Of a DNA stretch of 64,000 bases, positions 38,663 to 49,049 are shown in pieces (the stretch's first letter is position 1; each line of letters begins with the position of its first letter). Location of the stretch: contig OY969472.1 in NCBI GenBank assembly GCA_963700155.1, positions 517,059 through 581,058 of the forward strand. Direction: 5' to 3'. Under the pieces are notes generated by a model, which was not told the origin of the DNA, ran no database searches, and saw nothing but the letters and a program-made list of their open reading frames with translations. Source of the stretch: an uncultured bacterium. Its GTDB lineage: Bacteria > Patescibacteriota > Dojkabacteria > J137. The position numbers and the translations under genes were made by a program.

Positions 38663-40027
38663 TTGAGAGTTTTAAAATATTATTATCGAGTGCTTAGATC
38701 CCTTATAGCTTCACTGCTTTATAGAAATCCATCTTCAAGTTTGATGATAATTGGAGTTACTGGAACTTCTGGAAAGTCTACTACATCAGCAATGGTTTAT
38801 CATATTTTAAAAGAGCAAGGTTTTCGGGTCGGATTAATTTCGACAGTTGGCGTTATAGCAGGAGAAAAGAATATTGATTCAGGATTCCATGTGACGACTC
38901 CGGATCCGATTGCCCTACAAAAATATTTAAAAATGATGGTTGATCAAGGTGTAGAGTATGTAGTTTTAGAAGTTTCATCGCATGCATTGGACCAAGGTAG
39001 GCTGGGTTTACTGAAGTTTGACTTCTCTGTATTTACAAATATTAAAGATGATCATTTAGACTGGCACAAGACATGGGAAAATTATGCAGGAGCAAAATTT
39101 AAATTAGTAGAAAAGCTTAGAGATACAGGAACATTAATAATAAACAAAGATGATAGAAGATCGTATGAGTTTATAAAAAATAAGATAGAAGCAACTGGAA
39201 ATAGAGGTGATGGATTTTCACTTGTTGAATATTCAATTGAGGGAACAATTTCTGATATAAAAGAAAGTTTTAGCGGAATTGATTTCAGCTTTTTTAGCGA
39301 GAATTCTCATTTAAATTTGATTGGGAAATACAATCTTTCGAATTTCTTAGCAGCAGCAGCTGTGGCGCAGGTTTTAGGTATTTCTAATAAAGAAATTTCA
39401 AACTCAATAAAAAACTTTGAAGGTCTTGAAGGAAGAATGCAAGTAATGCAAAACGATCCATTTACTGTGATTGTAGATTTTGCACATAATGCTGATTCGT
39501 TAGAAAAATCTTTAGAATCAATAAGAAGGATTAAAGATGAAGAGTCAAGGGTTATTTGTGTATTTGGATCGGCGGGTCTTCGGGATCGACAAAAACGTTT
39601 TGATATGGGAAAAGTTTCAGGGAATATGGCAGATATAACTATTGTAACTGCCGAAGACCCGCGAACAGAAAGCTTATATGAAATTAACTCTAAAATTATT
39701 GAGGGGGCGGAAGAGTCTGGTGGAACTTTAGTAAAAAGATTTGCAACTCATGAAGAATATCTAGATTATCTTAAAGAAAATGGAATAGACTCTTCCGCCC
39801 AAGTAGATTCTTCTTCGGTTCAAGTTATCGCAATAAGTTCTAAATCAATTTTTGCTTTTGATTATCCTGAAGTTCAAAATAGAATGGATGCGATAGCATT
39901 TGCAATAAAACTCGTAAAACCCAACGATATTGTTATTACTGAAGGGAAAGGTCATGAAAAGTCTTTAGCTTTTGGTACAACTGAATATCCATACACTGAT
40001 CAAGCCGCAGTCCAATCTGCATTATAA
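38663..40027 (+). CDS. Mur-ligase family protein, MurE-like central and C-terminal domains without the usual N-terminal UDP-binding domain
   Basis: P-loop GVTGTSGKSTT at residue ~33, GRMQ, DFAHN, and FGSAGLRDRQKRFDMG…TAEDPRTE (compare MurE GGDRDKGKR…TSDNPRSE). C-terminal GKGHE. The gene starts 3 nt after adk. Confidence 0.6.
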   Translation: MRVLKYYYRVLRSLIASLLYRNPSSSLMIIGVTGTSGKSTTSAMVYHILKEQGFRVGLISTVGVIAGEKNIDSGFHVTTPDPIALQKYLKMMVDQGVEYVVLEVSSHALDQGRLGLLKFDFSVFTNIKDDHLDWHKTWENYAGAKFKLVEKLRDTGTLIINKDDRRSYEFIKNKIEATGNRGDGFSLVEYSIEGTISDIKESFSGIDFSFFSENSHLNLIGKYNLSNFLAAAAVAQVLGISNKEISNSIKNFEGLEGRMQVMQNDPFTVIVDFAHNADSLEKSLESIRRIKDEESRVICVFGSAGLRDRQKRFDMGKVSGNMADITIVTAEDPRTESLYEINSKIIEGAEESGGTLVKRFATHEEYLDYLKENGIDSSAQVDSSSVQVIAISSKSIFAFDYPEVQNRMDAIAFAIKLVKPNDIVITEGKGHEKSLAFGTTEYPYTDQAAVQSAL

Positions 40028-40042
40028 AAACATAAAAAGTTT

Positions 40043-40540
40043 ATGAAATATAATTTAGAAGATCTTCCATATAGAGAATCCACACATGCTGTAATCTTTG
40101 ATTCTGAAAATAATTTATTAATAGTTCATAAAATTAATTATGAACCTGAAGATTGGGCGTTCCCTGGTGGTGGAATTGAACTTGGAGAAGACTCAAAACA
40201 GGCTGTTGAACGTGAGCTTAAAGAAGAGATTGGTTTAGATCAATCAGAATACGAGATCCTTTATAAAAGCAATTATGACTATAAATATGACTGGGATGTA
40301 GATGCAATAGAGCAAAGATTTAAGAAAGATCATAAATATTATCGTGGTCAAATACTTTTTCAATATATAGTAAAAATTAGCAAAGTAAAACCAGAAATTA
40401 ATATTCAGAAATCAGAGCTGAATGAATTTAAATGGATTCCCAGGAATAGTATATCTGACTATATAAGAAATTCTGAAGCCCAAGATATGCTGAAGAAATT
40501 ATTTAATGAGTATGATCAGAAATATTCAGATAGAACTTAA
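40043..40540 (+). CDS. NUDIX hydrolase
   Basis: Nudix box GGGIELGEDSKQAVERELKEEIGL. Confidence 0.75.
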   Translation: MKYNLEDLPYRESTHAVIFDSENNLLIVHKINYEPEDWAFPGGGIELGEDSKQAVERELKEEIGLDQSEYEILYKSNYDYKYDWDVDAIEQRFKKDHKYYRGQILFQYIVKISKVKPEINIQKSELNEFKWIPRNSISDYIRNSEAQDMLKKLFNEYDQKYSDRT

Positions 40541-40695
40541 AAATATATTAACTCCTCGATGGCAACTTTCAACTGGTGTAAGAGATGAATACAAGACGGC
40601 ATTAGAATGTGGAATCAAAATACACAAATATGGATAGTCTTTTTAAATTGACGCACGACTCCCCCAGGTCTAGTATATAGATATAGATAAATTTT

Positions 40696-41625
40696 ATGAA
40701 AATTTTTATGGCTTCATTAAAACATCAACTTAGTAGGTTTAAAACTATAATTATAATTTTAGTCATCGTCGTAATATTACTAGTCATAATACTAGTTAGA
40801 AGATCAAACACACCAATACTAGACCCGTCATTAAATATTGAGACTGTTCAGGTTAGAAACGTACAAAATGTTGTAACAGCGGAAGGTAATTTACATGCGA
40901 ATGATGAAAGATTTGTTTATCTTCCATCTCTTTCTAAGGTAACATCTATAAAAGTTTCAGTAAATGACAAGGTTTCAAAAGATGATGTTTTGGCAGAAGT
41001 TGAAAGTACAAATCAATTAGGAAGTACAACGACTACTGAAATTAAATCTCCAATAAAAGGAACTGTTGTCCAAATTGGATATAAAGAAAATGATATTGCC
41101 AATGCTTCATCAGTCGGCTTTGAAATTGCAGATTTATCTTCATATAAGGTAATCGTATATATCAATGAAACTGATATTCCGAATATTAAAAATAAGCAAA
41201 GTGCTAAGATTAATTTTCCTGCTATTTCATTAGATGACTTATACGATGCAAAAATAACTTTTGTCTCACCCTCACCTATTGATTCAAGTGGTGTTGTAAA
41301 TTATGAAGTTGATCTCTCACCTTCAAAACTTCCTAGTGGAATAAAGCTTGGAATGTCTGTTGATGTAGATATAACAACAGCGGAGGTCGATAATGTTCTC
41401 GCAATTCCAGAAACATATTTAATTGAAAAAGATAATAAAAATTATGTAAAACTTTTAACTTGGACAAATGATCAAAAAACCCAATACGATATATCTGAAG
41501 TTGAAATAACAGTTGGATTAAAAACAAATGAATACGTTGAAGTAAAATCTGGTTTGAAACAAGGAGATGAAATTGTTGAACCATCGTATGTAGCTAAATC
41601 TGGGCTAGGTATTTTCGGTAATTAA
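40696..41625 (+). CDS. Efflux periplasmic adaptor (HlyD/MacA-like membrane fusion protein)
   Basis: N-terminal TM, then lipoyl/β-barrel-like repeats. Immediately upstream of the MacB-like ABC pair. Confidence 0.6.
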   Translation: MKIFMASLKHQLSRFKTIIIILVIVVILLVIILVRRSNTPILDPSLNIETVQVRNVQNVVTAEGNLHANDERFVYLPSLSKVTSIKVSVNDKVSKDDVLAEVESTNQLGSTTTTEIKSPIKGTVVQIGYKENDIANASSVGFEIADLSSYKVIVYINETDIPNIKNKQSAKINFPAISLDDLYDAKITFVSPSPIDSSGVVNYEVDLSPSKLPSGIKLGMSVDVDITTAEVDNVLAIPETYLIEKDNKNYVKLLTWTNDQKTQYDISEVEITVGLKTNEYVEVKSGLKQGDEIVEPSYVAKSGLGIFGN

Positions 41626-41638
41626 TATATATAGAATT

Positions 41639-42343
41639 ATGGAACTTCCGGGAAAAATCGAAAAAAGAATAGATGAAAAGGAGTTGATTGAATTAAGAAA
41701 TATTACTAAAAGCTATAATATTGACAAAGAAAATGAATTCAAGGCACTTAAAGGCATTGATTTAAGAATAAATAAAGGTGAATTTGTAGCAATAATGGGG
41801 CCTTCAGGTTCTGGAAAAACTACCTTAATGAATATTTTAGGTGCATTGGATGTACCAACTTCGGGACATTATCTAATCTACGGAAAAGATATAAGTAAGT
41901 ATACGCAAAATCAACTTGCAGATTTTAGAAATAAAGATGTTGGATTTGTATTTCAACAATTTAATCTTCTTCCAAGAAGAAATGTTCGTGATAATGTTAT
42001 TCTTCCAACTTTATATGGATTTATTCCAGATAAAGAGAAAAAATTATTAGAAGTTATTGAAAAAGTAGGTTTAAGAGATAAGCTGTTAAATAAACCAAAC
42101 GAGCTTTCCGGTGGACAAATACAAAGAGTTGCAATAGCTAGGGCTTTGATGATGTCACCTTCAATTATTATGGCTGATGAGCCTACTGGGAATTTAGATA
42201 CTAAGACCTCAATGGAGATTATGGAGATATTCAAAAGCATTAACGATGAAGGAAATACGATTATTTTAATTACTCATGAAGATGATATTGCTGCATATGC
42301 AAAACGTATAATACATATTAAAGATGGAGAAATAGTTAAATAA
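41639..42343 (+). CDS. ABC transporter ATP-binding protein (MacB/LolD-type)
   Basis: Walker A GPSGSGKTT, Q-loop, signature LSGGQIQRVAIARAL, Walker B IIMADEPTGNLD. Confidence 0.85.
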   Translation: MELPGKIEKRIDEKELIELRNITKSYNIDKENEFKALKGIDLRINKGEFVAIMGPSGSGKTTLMNILGALDVPTSGHYLIYGKDISKYTQNQLADFRNKDVGFVFQQFNLLPRRNVRDNVILPTLYGFIPDKEKKLLEVIEKVGLRDKLLNKPNELSGGQIQRVAIARALMMSPSIIMADEPTGNLDTKTSMEIMEIFKSINDEGNTIILITHEDDIAAYAKRIIHIKDGEIVK

Positions 42344-42348
42344 TAATC

Positions 42349-43566
42349 ATGTCATTAAATGAAATTCTTAAAATATCAATAAATTCAATACTTTCAAATA
42401 AAGTAAGAGCATTTTTAACAATGCTTGGAATTATTATTGGAATAGCAGCTGTGATTGCACTTTTATCACTAGGACAAGGTGCTCAAAGTTCAATTTTACA
42501 ACAGGTAGAAGGTTTAGGGTCTAACACTTTAACGATAGTTCCTGTGGCAAATTTCAGTGGTTTTACTAGCAGATCTAGTTTCGAAGGATTTGTAAATAAT
42601 AAAATAGATTATAAAGTATTGAAGGTGTTAGAAAATCCAGTAACTTTTAGTGAAATTGAAGCAATTTCACCTGAGGCAGGGAAATCAATGAGTGTTAGTT
42701 ATCGATCAAAAGGTGGATCCTATACAGTTGAAGGTGTTGAAGAAACTTTTTTTGATGTGAGAGGAGTAAATATTAATTCGGGGAGGCAAATTACAAAAAA
42801 TGATAATCAAACCTTAGCAAAAGTTGCAATTTTAGGACCTAGTGTATATCAAAAATTGTTTGGTGAAAGTGATCCTATAGATAAAGATATCAAAATTGAT
42901 GGGAAAGTATTTAGGGTAATTGGAGTTGCAGAATCAAAAGGAGCGCAGTTAGATAATAATATCGAAGTCCCATTGAATACAGCGACGAGTTTGCTTTTAG
43001 GAAATAAAAATCTTTCACAGATTGTAGTTAAAGTTAAAGATGAGAACCAGATTGATCAAGTTTCAGGAAAAATAGATACAGAATTTAGAAAATTTTTTAA
43101 ATTACACCAAAATGATGAGGCTAACTATTCAATATTTAGTTCAAAGGACGTTGCGACATTAGCCGAAACTGTAACAGGCATTTTTACGACCTTGCTTTCA
43201 AGCATTGCAAGTATTTCATTAATAGTTGGTGGTATTGGGATTATGAATATTATGCTGGTTTCAGTTACTGAAAGGACAAAAGAGATTGGTTTAAGAAAAG
43301 CTGTTGGAGCGAAACAAAGGGTTATTCTTTGGCAATTCGTTATTGAAGCTGTTGTTCTAACAGTTATTGGAGGGCTGATTGGCATTATATTTGGCTTGAG
43401 TTTAGCATTTATTGTCGGGCACTTTGGGAATATCCCAATTGTTATATCGTTAGGTTCAATAGCATTAGCAACTTCAGTCTCAGCAACAATAGGTATAGTA
43501 TTCGGCTTTTATCCAGCGTACAGGGCTTCAAGATTAAATCCGATTGATGCTTTACGATATGAATAA
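42349..43566 (+). CDS. ABC transporter permease, FtsX/MacB-type
   Basis: MacB_PCD-like periplasmic domain between TM1 and TM2, followed by a C-terminal FtsX 3-TM bundle. Confidence 0.8.
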   Translation: MSLNEILKISINSILSNKVRAFLTMLGIIIGIAAVIALLSLGQGAQSSILQQVEGLGSNTLTIVPVANFSGFTSRSSFEGFVNNKIDYKVLKVLENPVTFSEIEAISPEAGKSMSVSYRSKGGSYTVEGVEETFFDVRGVNINSGRQITKNDNQTLAKVAILGPSVYQKLFGESDPIDKDIKIDGKVFRVIGVAESKGAQLDNNIEVPLNTATSLLLGNKNLSQIVVKVKDENQIDQVSGKIDTEFRKFFKLHQNDEANYSIFSSKDVATLAETVTGIFTTLLSSIASISLIVGGIGIMNIMLVSVTERTKEIGLRKAVGAKQRVILWQFVIEAVVLTVIGGLIGIIFGLSLAFIVGHFGNIPIVISLGSIALATSVSATIGIVFGFYPAYRASRLNPIDALRYE

Positions 43567-43599
43567 ATTTGTTATCATCTGAAAGCAACTTTTATTCGT

Positions 43600-44655
43600 A
43601 TGATTAAGTTAAATAAATTAACAAATTTTGAACTACCAAAAGTAGATACAGTTAAGATTATTCTTAAGGAGCAATCAAGACCATTCAGCTACATTGAAGT
43701 TAATTTTGATATCTCCCAAAAGGGCAGTGTAATGTCATCTAGTTTGTTAAATAATTACTTAAGAAAGGGAGAAGCAGATTTATCTTTAATAGATGTACTG
43801 GATGAAATTGAGAACAAAGTACTGGGTAACGAGAATGATTTATTTTTTGGGAATTTCATATTTCAAATAATAGTTAATAACACTATTGTTGAATTTTCAT
43901 TGTCATCAAATTCTGTTGGTGATCCGATATATTATATTAAAGATATTGACGGATCAAATAATCCTGGGGAGATTCCTCCTAAAATAAAAGCTAAGATAGA
44001 CTGGTACATCACCTTGATTGCAGGTTATGTTTCAGAGCAAAGTGATGATTTTTTTATGAATACTGATACTGATTTAATTTCAGCCGATGGTGATGAATTA
44101 GTTTTGGAAAAAGTTGGAGAAAAATCATTTTTATTAGACTGGATAGAAAAGAAAACAGAAAAGAAGTTTATAAGAGAAGATTATGATGAAGATGAATTAA
44201 CTGAAATGTTATCTGTATATGTATTTAACAATATAGATATATGGGTAGATCAGATGAGGGAGGATATAAAAGAAGATGGTGCAAATGAAGAAATCATTGA
44301 TGATTTGGATGATGATTTTTTGAGTGTTTTCATTCCTGAGCTAATAAGAAGAATTATATCTGGGACAGGGAATACTTTTGGTACTGATAAAATTTCAACA
44401 TTAGCACATGATTATTTAATATATTTTGATATGAATACTACTAATAATGACGGGAAAAAAGTAATTTTTGATAAGTTTTGGAGTGAGGATGATAATCCCG
44501 AGAAAGAAGTATTAAAACACTTATCGAATAATGCAAGATTATATGAAATATTTTTTGGCACAATGATCGATATTTGGAATTTTATGATCTATTTATCAGA
44601 AAGCAATGACAACTATGGTGATGATATGAATCCATCTTTCCCAATTGAAATGTAA
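43600..44655 (+). CDS. Hypothetical acidic protein (351 aa)
   Basis: ORF. Asp/Glu-rich with no motif recognised. Confidence 0.4.
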   Translation: MIKLNKLTNFELPKVDTVKIILKEQSRPFSYIEVNFDISQKGSVMSSSLLNNYLRKGEADLSLIDVLDEIENKVLGNENDLFFGNFIFQIIVNNTIVEFSLSSNSVGDPIYYIKDIDGSNNPGEIPPKIKAKIDWYITLIAGYVSEQSDDFFMNTDTDLISADGDELVLEKVGEKSFLLDWIEKKTEKKFIREDYDEDELTEMLSVYVFNNIDIWVDQMREDIKEDGANEEIIDDLDDDFLSVFIPELIRRIISGTGNTFGTDKISTLAHDYLIYFDMNTTNNDGKKVIFDKFWSEDDNPEKEVLKHLSNNARLYEIFFGTMIDIWNFMIYLSESNDNYGDDMNPSFPIEM

Positions 44656-44696
44656 TATTAGAGACTCTTCGTTTTGCCTGTAGTATAATTCTTCTT

Positions 44697-46424
44697 ATGA
44701 ATGACATTAAATCTGATTTACAAAATAACTTAACAGAAGCTTTAAAAAGTCTAGGTATTAAAGATGTTGAAATTGAAATAGAAAGACCAAAAGATGAATC
44801 ACATGGGGATTTTTCTTCTAATGTATCTATGAAATTATCAGCAGTTCTAAAGAAAAATCCCTTACAAATTGCACAAGAATTAGTAACTGAACTTGATAAA
44901 AACAAATTGGAATCTATAGAAAAAATTGAAGCTGTAAATCCAGGATTTATTAATTTCTATATCAAAAAATCTGCTTATTTAAATATCCTTGAAAATGTAA
45001 TATCACTTTCAGATAAATTCGGAGCAAACAATATTGGAGAAGGAAAAAATGTTATTGTTGAATTTAGTTCCCCAAATATTGCGAAACCGTTTACTATTGG
45101 ACATTTGCGATCAACTATTATTGGTGATTCAATTGCAAAAATTTTAGAGTTCTCAGGATATAAAGTTTTTAGAGATAATCATTTAGGTGATTGGGGAGCT
45201 TCATTCGGTAAGTATCTGGCTGCATTTGAACATTACAATATAGATATTGAAGAGATCAAAAAATCCGATCGTCCAATAAAGCAGCTTGTAGATTTATATA
45301 TAAAATTTACTCAAGACTCCGAAGAAAATCCTGATCTTAAAGAATTAGGACGAGAGTGGTTTAAAAAACTAGAAGATGGAGATGAAAAAGCTAGAAAACT
45401 TTGGCAGGAATGTATAAATATATCATTTATTGAATTTGATAAAGTTTATAAAAAACTTAATGTTTCTTTTACAGAAAATGAAGGTAAAGGTTATGGTGAA
45501 TCTTTTTTTGAAGACAAAATGCCTGCAGTTATAAAAGAGTTAGAAGAAGCAAATGAACAAAAGAGAGTAGATTATCATAAAAGTGAAGGTGCAATGCTGG
45601 TGTTCTTTCCTAAAGAAGAACTCCCCCCAATGATGGTTTTAAAAAGCAATGGGACAACACTTTACTCAACTCGAGATTTGGCAACAGATAAGTATAGAAA
45701 AGAAAATTCGAGATACGGATACCCAAATTTGACTGTAATAAATGAAACTGGAATAGAGCAGAGTCTTTATTGGAAACAAATTTTTAAAACTGAAGAGATG
45801 CTAGGTTGGTACAAAAAAGGAGAACGTATTGCAATAATGCATGGATTGTACAGATTTAAAGAAGGAAAAATGTCTACTAGAAAAGGAAATGTTATTTGGC
45901 TTGAAGATGTGCTAAATGAATCAATCAATAGAGCTGAAAAACTATCCAAAGAAGAAGAGGCTGAATTGCCAGTTAAAATAGGGGTAGGTGCAATAAAATG
46001 GAATGATTTAAAAAGGGATCCTAAACAAGATATTGTTTTTGATTGGGAAGAGATTCTAAATTTAAAAGGTAATTCAAGTCCTTATATTCAATATACTTAT
46101 GTTCGAGCAAATAAAATTGGAAAAACTAATAATTTTGATTTTAATGATATAACTCCAAACGAAGAAGAAGGAAAAGTTCTAGATTTAATATCTCAGTTTG
46201 GTCAAATTATTGAGTATTCAGCACAAAATTATCAATCCAGTACTATTTGTACCTATTTATTTAATCTTTCTCAATCTTATAGCACCTTCTATGAAAAACA
46301 TAGAATTTTAAATGCTGAAGATGAAAAAACAAAAAATTTTCGAATAGCTTTATCTCAGGCAACAGCTCAGGTAATCAAGAATGGTTTAAATCTGCTGGGA
46401 ATTGAAACTGTAGAAAGAATGTAA
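44697..46424 (+). CDS. argS: Arginine--tRNA ligase
   Basis: Class I HIGH-type motif (PFTIGHLRSTIIGD), anticodon-binding C-terminal DALR domain. 575 aa. Confidence 0.9.
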   Translation: MNDIKSDLQNNLTEALKSLGIKDVEIEIERPKDESHGDFSSNVSMKLSAVLKKNPLQIAQELVTELDKNKLESIEKIEAVNPGFINFYIKKSAYLNILENVISLSDKFGANNIGEGKNVIVEFSSPNIAKPFTIGHLRSTIIGDSIAKILEFSGYKVFRDNHLGDWGASFGKYLAAFEHYNIDIEEIKKSDRPIKQLVDLYIKFTQDSEENPDLKELGREWFKKLEDGDEKARKLWQECINISFIEFDKVYKKLNVSFTENEGKGYGESFFEDKMPAVIKELEEANEQKRVDYHKSEGAMLVFFPKEELPPMMVLKSNGTTLYSTRDLATDKYRKENSRYGYPNLTVINETGIEQSLYWKQIFKTEEMLGWYKKGERIAIMHGLYRFKEGKMSTRKGNVIWLEDVLNESINRAEKLSKEEEAELPVKIGVGAIKWNDLKRDPKQDIVFDWEEILNLKGNSSPYIQYTYVRANKIGKTNNFDFNDITPNEEEGKVLDLISQFGQIIEYSAQNYQSSTICTYLFNLSQSYSTFYEKHRILNAEDEKTKNFRIALSQATAQVIKNGLNLLGIETVERM

Positions 46425-46425
46425 C

Positions 46426-47757
46426 TTACATTGCCGGCTCTTCTGAAGGAGTCTCGGTGATTTCTTCTTTTGGAATCTCTAATTTACTAACATCAATATT
46501 TAATTCAACCTCTGCTTCAACTTTTGTATATTTGCAAAGAGCTAAAGTTCCTGCAAGAATAATTAGAAAATCAGCCAAATTAACGATTCCACTTTCATGA
46601 ACAAAACTTCTCAAAACCCAGAAGAACATTGCAAAAAAGAAAAACATAAATTTTCTATCTTTAATTTTAGCTCGTAAAACAACAACAGGTTTTAATAAAA
46701 TCCCTAAAGTAATTCCCAGTCCTAAAACCCCTGTTTGAAAAAGTATATCGAAGAAAAAGTTATGAGCTCGATCAATTAATAATCCCGAGAAAAATTTATT
46801 ATCTTTAAAAACTTCTCCTAATGTATCGAATCCATATCCAAACAAAGTATTCAGATTAAACTTTGAGAACATAATCGTGAGAATATGTTTCCAGATATCT
46901 GTTCGGATATTATAAATTGTGGATGTATACAAATATACTCCTCCAAAGAGTGAGGCTAAAATTACTAAAATGTAAAAGAGATAACTAAAAAACTTCTGTG
47001 GAATAACTTCGTAAATTACAATAGTAATGAATGCTACAGCAGCAACAACGATAGCCCAAATTGATAATGAAAGAAGTAAACTTCCTGTAATAATTAAAGC
47101 ACAAAGGATAAAAACTAATTTTGTAAGTGAGGCAAATTTTATTTTTAGACTTTTCGCTATGTAATATGCAAGAAAGATAAGTGCCATCAGTAATCGACCC
47201 GAGAAAAAATTTGCCTGCCCAAAAGTACCATTAACCCAAAGTCCATCAAGCAACGCTTGTGGATCAGTCTGGGCCAAATTTAAAGCTTGTGAATAACCAA
47301 GAACTGCCTGGATTGTTGCTGATGAAATAAAAGATAAAGCAATAATATGGAAATTCTTATGGTTTACAGATTTATAAACTGAATAAGCCATTCCAATAAG
47401 CAATAGATGGGCAATTAGTCCCTGATCTCGAAAGCTGTTCCCAAATATTGCTGTTTGAAAGTGAGGAGATACTAATGCTGCTAAAATGAATATTATTACA
47501 ACAGCAAGAAATACTATAAAATCTTTACTGAATATAAATTTCCCTTTTTTATAAACTACTGAAATATATTTTACTAATGTGACAATAATTATTAACGCTG
47601 CAAGTGCAATTAAGAAATGTACTTTAGGAAGTTCATATCCTTTAGGAAGATCATTATAATCAACAACAAAAGGTGAAAAGAATATCGCAAGTGAGGCAAT
47701 TATAACAACAATATTTTCTTCTAAATAATTATAAACTTTTATTAATCTGGGTTTCAT
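46426..47757 (-). CDS. O-antigen ligase/polymerase-like polytopic membrane protein (Wzy_C)
   Basis: About 10 TM helices. RAHNFFFDILFQTGVLGL resembles the WaaL/Wzy motif. Confidence 0.5.
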   Translation of the reverse strand: MKPRLIKVYNYLEENIVVIIASLAIFFSPFVVDYNDLPKGYELPKVHFLIALAALIIIVTLVKYISVVYKKGKFIFSKDFIVFLAVVIIFILAALVSPHFQTAIFGNSFRDQGLIAHLLLIGMAYSVYKSVNHKNFHIIALSFISSATIQAVLGYSQALNLAQTDPQALLDGLWVNGTFGQANFFSGRLLMALIFLAYYIAKSLKIKFASLTKLVFILCALIITGSLLLSLSIWAIVVAAVAFITIVIYEVIPQKFFSYLFYILVILASLFGGVYLYTSTIYNIRTDIWKHILTIMFSKFNLNTLFGYGFDTLGEVFKDNKFFSGLLIDRAHNFFFDILFQTGVLGLGITLGILLKPVVVLRAKIKDRKFMFFFFAMFFWVLRSFVHESGIVNLADFLIILAGTLALCKYTKVEAEVELNIDVSKLEIPKEEITETPSEEPAM

Positions 47758-47810
47758 ATTCTTTTATCACTACCATTCAATTGTAAAACAAATAGAAGAT
47801 AATTACACTT

Positions 47811-48800
47811 TTACTGATTTAGGTTTAAGTTAACCCAAGTATTAAAGACATCTAAGGAATTATTTTTTGGATCAATTAACCCAGTGGTTTTAAAGGGTTT
47901 AGGATAATTATTTGAGTCATACAAAAATGGCCAGATAATGAATTTCATATGTAATGATTTTGATAAATTCGGGATCATCTCTACATACTTGATTTGTTCT
48001 TCTGCAGAACTTTCCCATCCAGAAATTCCTTCATCTTTAAACCATGCAGTTTCTGTAATTGCAATTGGCTTATCTGTTTTTGCAGAAATAACGCTCCAAT
48101 AATCTGAAGGAATTTCTGACGGATCTTTATAAATTAATCCTGGATAAGTTGTAAATGCTAAAAAATCAGCATTATCAAATTTTGATAATATTTCCCATTG
48201 TGTTTTTGTTTCATCATTTACTCCACCAAATAATCCGCCGTTTAAGCCTTTAAGATTTTCATATTGAAACACTGTGAATATCTGAGTCTCAGGACTTGTT
48301 GTTTTTACTAATTCATAAAGCTGGTTAAACCATGTGCTGAATCTATCTAAGTCACCTGATAACTCTTTATTAATTTCATTTCCGAATCCAAGATATTTAG
48401 GATTATATGTTTTCACAAATTGAACAATTGCTTTGTTATATTCATTTTCTTGTATAAGTGAAGGGATCTCTTTAACACCGATAATAATTACCGGGGTTAA
48501 GTTGTATGAAGGAGCGGCTTTCATTAAGAAAGCCGCTCCTGAGTTCTCATCTAAAATGTCAGAAATATTTCCTGCCCAAGATACTACTTTGCAGCATTCT
48601 TTTGTTTTTGTAAAGAAATCGTCAATTCCAGATTGACTATAATCATTAGGTGATAAACTAAGTCCTTTTTGAGTTGATTCTGAAGTATTTTGAACTAAAT
48701 TTGAATTTCTGCTATTTAAGAATAATCCAATTATTAAAACAATAATTAGACTAACAACAAGGATTCCAATAAAGATTGAGATTAATAATTTCTTATTCAT
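47811..48800 (-). CDS. Membrane-anchored TIM-barrel glycoside hydrolase-like protein (GH5-like NE…/…TE motifs)
   Basis: GFGNEINKE (candidate acid/base) and ITETAW (candidate nucleophile). Start placed at the internal Met (MNKKLLISIF…) so the gene does not overlap the tRNA. Confidence 0.4.
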   Translation of the reverse strand: MNKKLLISIFIGILVVSLIIVLIIGLFLNSRNSNLVQNTSESTQKGLSLSPNDYSQSGIDDFFTKTKECCKVVSWAGNISDILDENSGAAFLMKAAPSYNLTPVIIIGVKEIPSLIQENEYNKAIVQFVKTYNPKYLGFGNEINKELSGDLDRFSTWFNQLYELVKTTSPETQIFTVFQYENLKGLNGGLFGGVNDETKTQWEILSKFDNADFLAFTTYPGLIYKDPSEIPSDYWSVISAKTDKPIAITETAWFKDEGISGWESSAEEQIKYVEMIPNLSKSLHMKFIIWPFLYDSNNYPKPFKTTGLIDPKNNSLDVFNTWVNLNLNQ

Positions 48801-48887
48801 TTTAGAAAATATGATACTACTAACTATACTCAGTGTGATCTTTAAGATCAAACTTTCACAATGGTATAATCTTTTTGCAGTATTTAT

Positions 48888-48961
48888 GTACCCATAGCTC
48901 AACTGGATAGAGCACTACTTTGCGGAAGTAGCGGTTGGAGGTTCGACCCCTCTTGGGTACA
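48888..48961 (+). tRNA. tRNA-Arg (anticodon GCG by hand-folding)
   Basis: 7-bp acceptor stem gtaccca/tgggtac, D-loop with A20, anticodon stem ctact/agtag with loop ttGCGga, T-loop ttcgacc, discriminator A73. No encoded CCA. Confidence 0.75.
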
Positions 48962-49049
48962 GTTAAGCTTCTGTATCTCCTTAAATATTAAAAATTCCAA
49001 CATATCATATTATAAATGTTAAAATTTTTTAAATATTACACATCTGAAA

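Noticed and set aside
47811-48902. ORF-track start of the GH5-like gene overlapping the tRNA-Arg 5' end
   Set aside because: An internal Met followed by a TM anchor (MNKKLLISIF…) gives a more plausible start at 48800 and removes the overlap.
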